DNA of 48,077 nucleotides from a virus (taxonomy: Duplodnaviria; Heunggongvirae; Uroviricota; Caudoviricetes): the IMG/VR virus record IMGVR_UViG_3300009551_000042; one strand, given 5' to 3'. A program made the position numbers and the translations under genes. Under the pieces are notes generated by a model, which saw only the letters and a list, made by a program, of their open reading frames with translations, had not been told where the DNA came from and made no database searches. The first letter of the stretch is position 1. Each line of letters starts with the position of its first letter. Below are positions 44,479 to 48,077 of this stretch, piece after piece.

Positions 44479-44925
44479 ATGGCCGGCATTCTGGCTAACA
44501 GCGTCTCTCAATCGATGGACGCGGGGGACACCTCCGCCGATAACGCGGTCTCAGGGTACCTCACTCGTGAACGCATTGCGCTCACCGTGACGGGTACACC
44601 CGACCGTGTCGCGTGGAGCCTCGCAAAGCCGACATCTTCGGGCTCGGCTTGCGACCTTTCGACGCCCAACGATATCTCGACAAACTTCTCGCCTGACGTT
44701 GAAGGTTACTACGTCATCAGCTGCGTTGTTGATGGCGCGACCTCTTACGTCTTGCGCGTGGCTGTGGCCCAGGTGACCGCAGTTACGACCCTCACAAGCA
44801 TTCGCCTGATGCCAGTGTCGGAAGCGAGCGTTAGCGCTCCACCGACCGGCGCAACGCTCTTCTATTCCAGCGACCAAGACGCCGTCGCAGCCAAGCTGTC
44901 AGACAACTCCGTCGTTCTGCTCTAA
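44479..44925 (+). CDS. Ig/PKD-like virion protein
   Basis: VAWSL.KP..S...L.......F.PDVEGYYVI pattern. Confidence 0.65.
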   Translation: MAGILANSVSQSMDAGDTSADNAVSGYLTRERIALTVTGTPDRVAWSLAKPTSSGSACDLSTPNDISTNFSPDVEGYYVISCVVDGATSYVLRVAVAQVTAVTTLTSIRLMPVSEASVSAPPTGATLFYSSDQDAVAAKLSDNSVVLL

Positions 44926-44928
44926 TTA

Positions 44929-47900
44929 ATGGCTCTCTCAGCTGCCTTCACTGTTGAAGGCAACGCTAACCCTGCGCGCCATCAGGTTGCGTATGGGTCT
45001 ACCGTTGACCTTGCGCTCACGTCAACGGACGGAGCTACGTCAATCGTTTGGGAAATCATGGCTTGTTCCGATCCGGACGAGCCGATCCCGGCGATCACAC
45101 CTACTGGTAATCCCTACGGTAAGACGGCGTCGTTCGTCATGCCTGCGGATAGCGGTGACACGCTGGGCCGCACTTTCATTGTCCGTTGCACGGTTTCTAA
45201 CCAGGTACGCGGGGCTGATGGTGAGTACCAAACGGCTCGCGAATACGCGGTCATTGGCGCAGTCAACTCCCAGGGTCGTCTTCCGATTGTTCCCGGCGAG
45301 AAGAACTACCGCAACGGTACGCACGGCTGGGCGCCTGAAATCAACGAGCTGCTAAACCAGAGTGGTGGCGGCGGCGGTGGTGGCGGATCCGGAGGTGGTT
45401 GGACCGATGACGGTGCGATCGTTCGCCTCACCACCGCTGGTGACTCAGTGGCCATCGGAAGCGCTCTGCTTTCCGGCTCCGAAAAGCTTCGCGTGGTCGG
45501 TGATTCTCGCTTTGAGCAAGCGGCGGCCACGTCGGGTATCCCGAAAGCGCTTTTCGTCTCGGGTGCTGGTCATACGGGTCTCACCGCGAGCGCTGAGATC
45601 GTTGACGTCGACTTCTCGTTGAGCCGCACGGTTCAGCGAGCCACGGGTGGAGTTACGACGCAACGCGCGTTCGTTGTGCGCGCTCCGACTTATGGGTTTG
45701 TCGGTTCGAGCACCATCACGGACGCTGCGACGTTCGCGATCACTGGTGCTCCTGCTGCTGGAACTAACGCGACAATCACCAACGGCTATGCACTGTGGGT
45801 GCAGGCTGGTGCAGTGCGCTTCGCCTCGCTCGGAGCGGGCGTTGTGCAATCCAGCGCTACGGGTGTGCTGTCGGCCGGAACGTTGACCATTGCCAATGGC
45901 GGGACCGGCCTCACGTCGGCCGGTGGCACTGCAAACCGCGTGCTGATGACCGCGGACGGTTCGACGTTCGTAATGGCTCAGCCGCCGCTTGGCGCGCTAG
46001 CCGATCTCACTGGTCTATCCGTTCCAGGCCGAGCTGCAAACACTTCCGGCGTCATGGCCGCCATTACGGCGACCAACGACGGCGAAGTTCTACGCCGCTC
46101 AGGCACAGCTATCGGTTTCGGAACTGTTGCGACTGCCGGCATCGGTGACAACCAGGTCACGCTAGCCAAGCTTGCCACGCAGGCGGCCTACAGCGTTCTG
46201 GTAAACGCCACCAATGCAACGGCGGTTCCGACTGCGCTTGCCGCAACAGCCGACGGCCAGGTGCTCACGCGCTCCGGAACGGCCCTCATCTGGTCGACGG
46301 TTGCGGCAGCTGGCATCGCGGACGGGTCACTCGCGTACGCAAAGCTAGTCAACGGAACCGGCCTCAGCGTTATTGGGCGCAGCCCAAACACCGCGGGCGT
46401 AAATGCTGACATCGTCGCTGCGAATGATGGCGAAGTGCTTCGCCGTAACGGCGCCGCACTCGGCTTCGGCACGATCAGCACAGCTGGTATTGGCGACAAC
46501 CAAATAACGCTAGCGAAGCTTGCAACGCAGGCCGCGATGAGCGTCCTCGCGAACGCGACGAACACCACCGCTGTCCCAAGCGCCGTTGCAGCTGGCTCCG
46601 ATGGTCAAGTCTTCCTGCGTTCTGGAACCTCACTGGCCTTCGGAACAATCGCGACAGCAGGCATCACCGATGCGGCTGTCACCTACGTCAAGGTCCAACA
46701 CGGAACAGGGCTGAGCGTTGTTGGCCGTTCGCCGAACAGCGCTGGTGTCAATGCGGACATCGTTGCATCCAATGATGGCGACGTGCTTCGCCGTTCAGGA
46801 GCCTCGATCGGTTTCGGCTCGATCCCGGTTGGAAGCGTGTCGTTTGGCGCTGCCTCGACTGGCCAAGCGCTGATCTATAACGGGAGCGCATGGACGCCAG
46901 GCACCGACTTCGGTGCTCAGGTGCTGGTCACGACTGGCGGAGTCACCGCCGGTTCCGGCACTGCGCCCGCGACTGGTGCTATCCGGCTTCCGAACAGCGC
47001 GTATATCTATTCGCGCACGACGACGGCCGCGGATGTCGCGTTGTTGGGTATCAGCAACGGTGACGGAGTCATTCTTGGCAATACCACTTGCCAGACGATC
47101 ATCAACGGTTCGGCTGGCGCATCCGCTGTTCGCTTTCTAGCGAACGCCGCCGAGGTGTTTCGCGTAGGCACCACGATCACCACGTTCACGAACACGTTCC
47201 AATGGGACGCATCGTCGACCGCGATGACGATCAACCAGGTCGCCAAGACTACGGCCAGCGGCGCCGCGGCGTCGTTCTCGGCTCAGTCGACCTCGTTCGC
47301 TGGTGGCACTGGCGGATCGATGACGATCGCGGCCGGCGACTCGAACGGAGCCAGCGGCACACGCACGGGTGGCGCACTCGTGATGCGCTCCGGTACCGGC
47401 ACAACCATTGCCGGCGAAGTCACCATCAACCGCGGCAGCGACACCGCGTTCGCGACACTGACCACCGCCGCACAGGTTGGTGGTCCTGGTTTCGCGCACG
47501 CCGACCTTGCCGCAACGACTGACTTTCGCTTCCGCGACACATCCGGGAACACCCGTCACACCTGGACGCTGACCGCATACAGCGGCCGCCTCGCGACGTT
47601 TACGATCGACTCCGGAACCGCTAGTGCCTCTGACTGGGCCTACGCTGGCGCAGGTAACGCTACTGGCTTTCGTTGGCGTTTCACCGGTCAGCCGGCGCTC
47701 ACGACCGGCGGTGACTTCCAGGTCTTCGCTGGCGACGGCTCCGCATCGACCGGAACGGTGGTGGGCGGTGCGCTCTACCTGCAAGCGGGCTCAGCAACTG
47801 GCGCGACAGCCACACACACAGGCGGACTAACAACCCTTGCTGGTGGCGACGCAACCGGAGCGAGCGGAACTCGTACGGGTGGTGGCGTCACTATCCGTGT

Positions 47901-48077
47901 CGGAACCGGCTCAAGCGCTAACGGTGCACTGACACTCACGGGTGGCAGCGGCACTGCCGGCGTCTTGCTGACGGGTCAAAACACGGCGAACAGCGCTGCA
48001 CAACAGCTGCTGCTCTGGGATTCGACCACCAGTATTTGGACGATCGGATCTACCTCGGCAACAACCAACGTTGTCGT
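44929..48077 (+). CDS. long tail fibre / receptor-binding protein, truncated by the window end (not in ORF track)
   Basis: Open frame from ATG 44929 to the window end (>1049 aa); poly-Gly hinge 45361-45402; repetitive Gly/Ala/Thr-rich shaft. Confidence 0.85.
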   Translation, partial: MALSAAFTVEGNANPARHQVAYGSTVDLALTSTDGATSIVWEIMACSDPDEPIPAITPTGNPYGKTASFVMPADSGDTLGRTFIVRCTVSNQVRGADGEYQTAREYAVIGAVNSQGRLPIVPGEKNYRNGTHGWAPEINELLNQSGGGGGGGGSGGGWTDDGAIVRLTTAGDSVAIGSALLSGSEKLRVVGDSRFEQAAATSGIPKALFVSGAGHTGLTASAEIVDVDFSLSRTVQRATGGVTTQRAFVVRAPTYGFVGSSTITDAATFAITGAPAAGTNATITNGYALWVQAGAVRFASLGAGVVQSSATGVLSAGTLTIANGGTGLTSAGGTANRVLMTADGSTFVMAQPPLGALADLTGLSVPGRAANTSGVMAAITATNDGEVLRRSGTAIGFGTVATAGIGDNQVTLAKLATQAAYSVLVNATNATAVPTALAATADGQVLTRSGTALIWSTVAAAGIADGSLAYAKLVNGTGLSVIGRSPNTAGVNADIVAANDGEVLRRNGAALGFGTISTAGIGDNQITLAKLATQAAMSVLANATNTTAVPSAVAAGSDGQVFLRSGTSLAFGTIATAGITDAAVTYVKVQHGTGLSVVGRSPNSAGVNADIVASNDGDVLRRSGASIGFGSIPVGSVSFGAASTGQALIYNGSAWTPGTDFGAQVLVTTGGVTAGSGTAPATGAIRLPNSAYIYSRTTTAADVALLGISNGDGVILGNTTCQTIINGSAGASAVRFLANAAEVFRVGTTITTFTNTFQWDASSTAMTINQVAKTTASGAAASFSAQSTSFAGGTGGSMTIAAGDSNGASGTRTGGALVMRSGTGTTIAGEVTINRGSDTAFATLTTAAQVGGPGFAHADLAATTDFRFRDTSGNTRHTWTLTAYSGRLATFTIDSGTASASDWAYAGAGNATGFRWRFTGQPALTTGGDFQVFAGDGSASTGTVVGGALYLQAGSATGATATHTGGLTTLAGGDATGASGTRTGGGVTIRVGTGSSANGALTLTGGSGTAGVLLTGQNTANSAAQQLLLWDSTTSIWTIGSTSATTNVV
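46009..46824 (+). repeat. 58-aa (174-bp) tandem repeat in the fibre, alternating A-B-A-B-A
   Basis: G(E/D)VLRR.G at 46081, 46429, 46777; GQV(L/F).RSG at 46255, 46603. Confidence 0.85.

Noticed and set aside
45361-45402. GGC/GGT run as a contingency (slippage) locus
   Set aside because: Mixed Gly codons in frame; best explained as a flexible poly-Gly hinge.
44929-48077. Diversity-generating retroelement target
   Set aside because: No reverse transcriptase and no adenine-specific TR/VR pair is visible; the repeats differ at synonymous positions of all bases, and the fibre C-terminus is outside the window.

Overview
A 48-kb window of a tailed-phage or prophage genome, almost entirely on the + strand and truncated at both ends. 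Left half (1-18.5 kb): densely packed small early/accessory genes, including two paralogous SAM-dependent methyltransferase-like proteins, an AlkB 2OG-Fe(II) dioxygenase, a resolvase-type serine recombinase with a candidate crossover site, an HD-domain protein, a PQ-loop membrane protein and a frameshifted vWA protein, plus an iteron-like origin at 1.94-2.22 kb. Right half (18.9-48 kb): a myovirus morphogenesis module (terminase, portal, MuF, scaffold, capsid, neck, Mu-like sheath/tube/tape measure/gpN/gp44-48 baseplate, fibres) with two antisense membrane/lipoprotein morons whose style suggests a Myxococcota (Polyangiales-like) host (inference). The most unusual element lies at the early/late junction (18573-18885): a 78-nt RNA gene with the exact tRNA-like-domain architecture of tmRNA (G3:U70, A73, encoded CCA) but no mRNA domain, directly fused to a circularly permuted, acceptor-closed tRNA mimic (YrlA-like topology) and a run of hairpins. 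Other notable items are a kissing-loop element upstream of an SD-occluding hairpin (31164-31292), one in-frame TAG in the baseplate hub gene, and apparent non-canonical starts. All family assignments come from motif recognition by eye; no database search was run.
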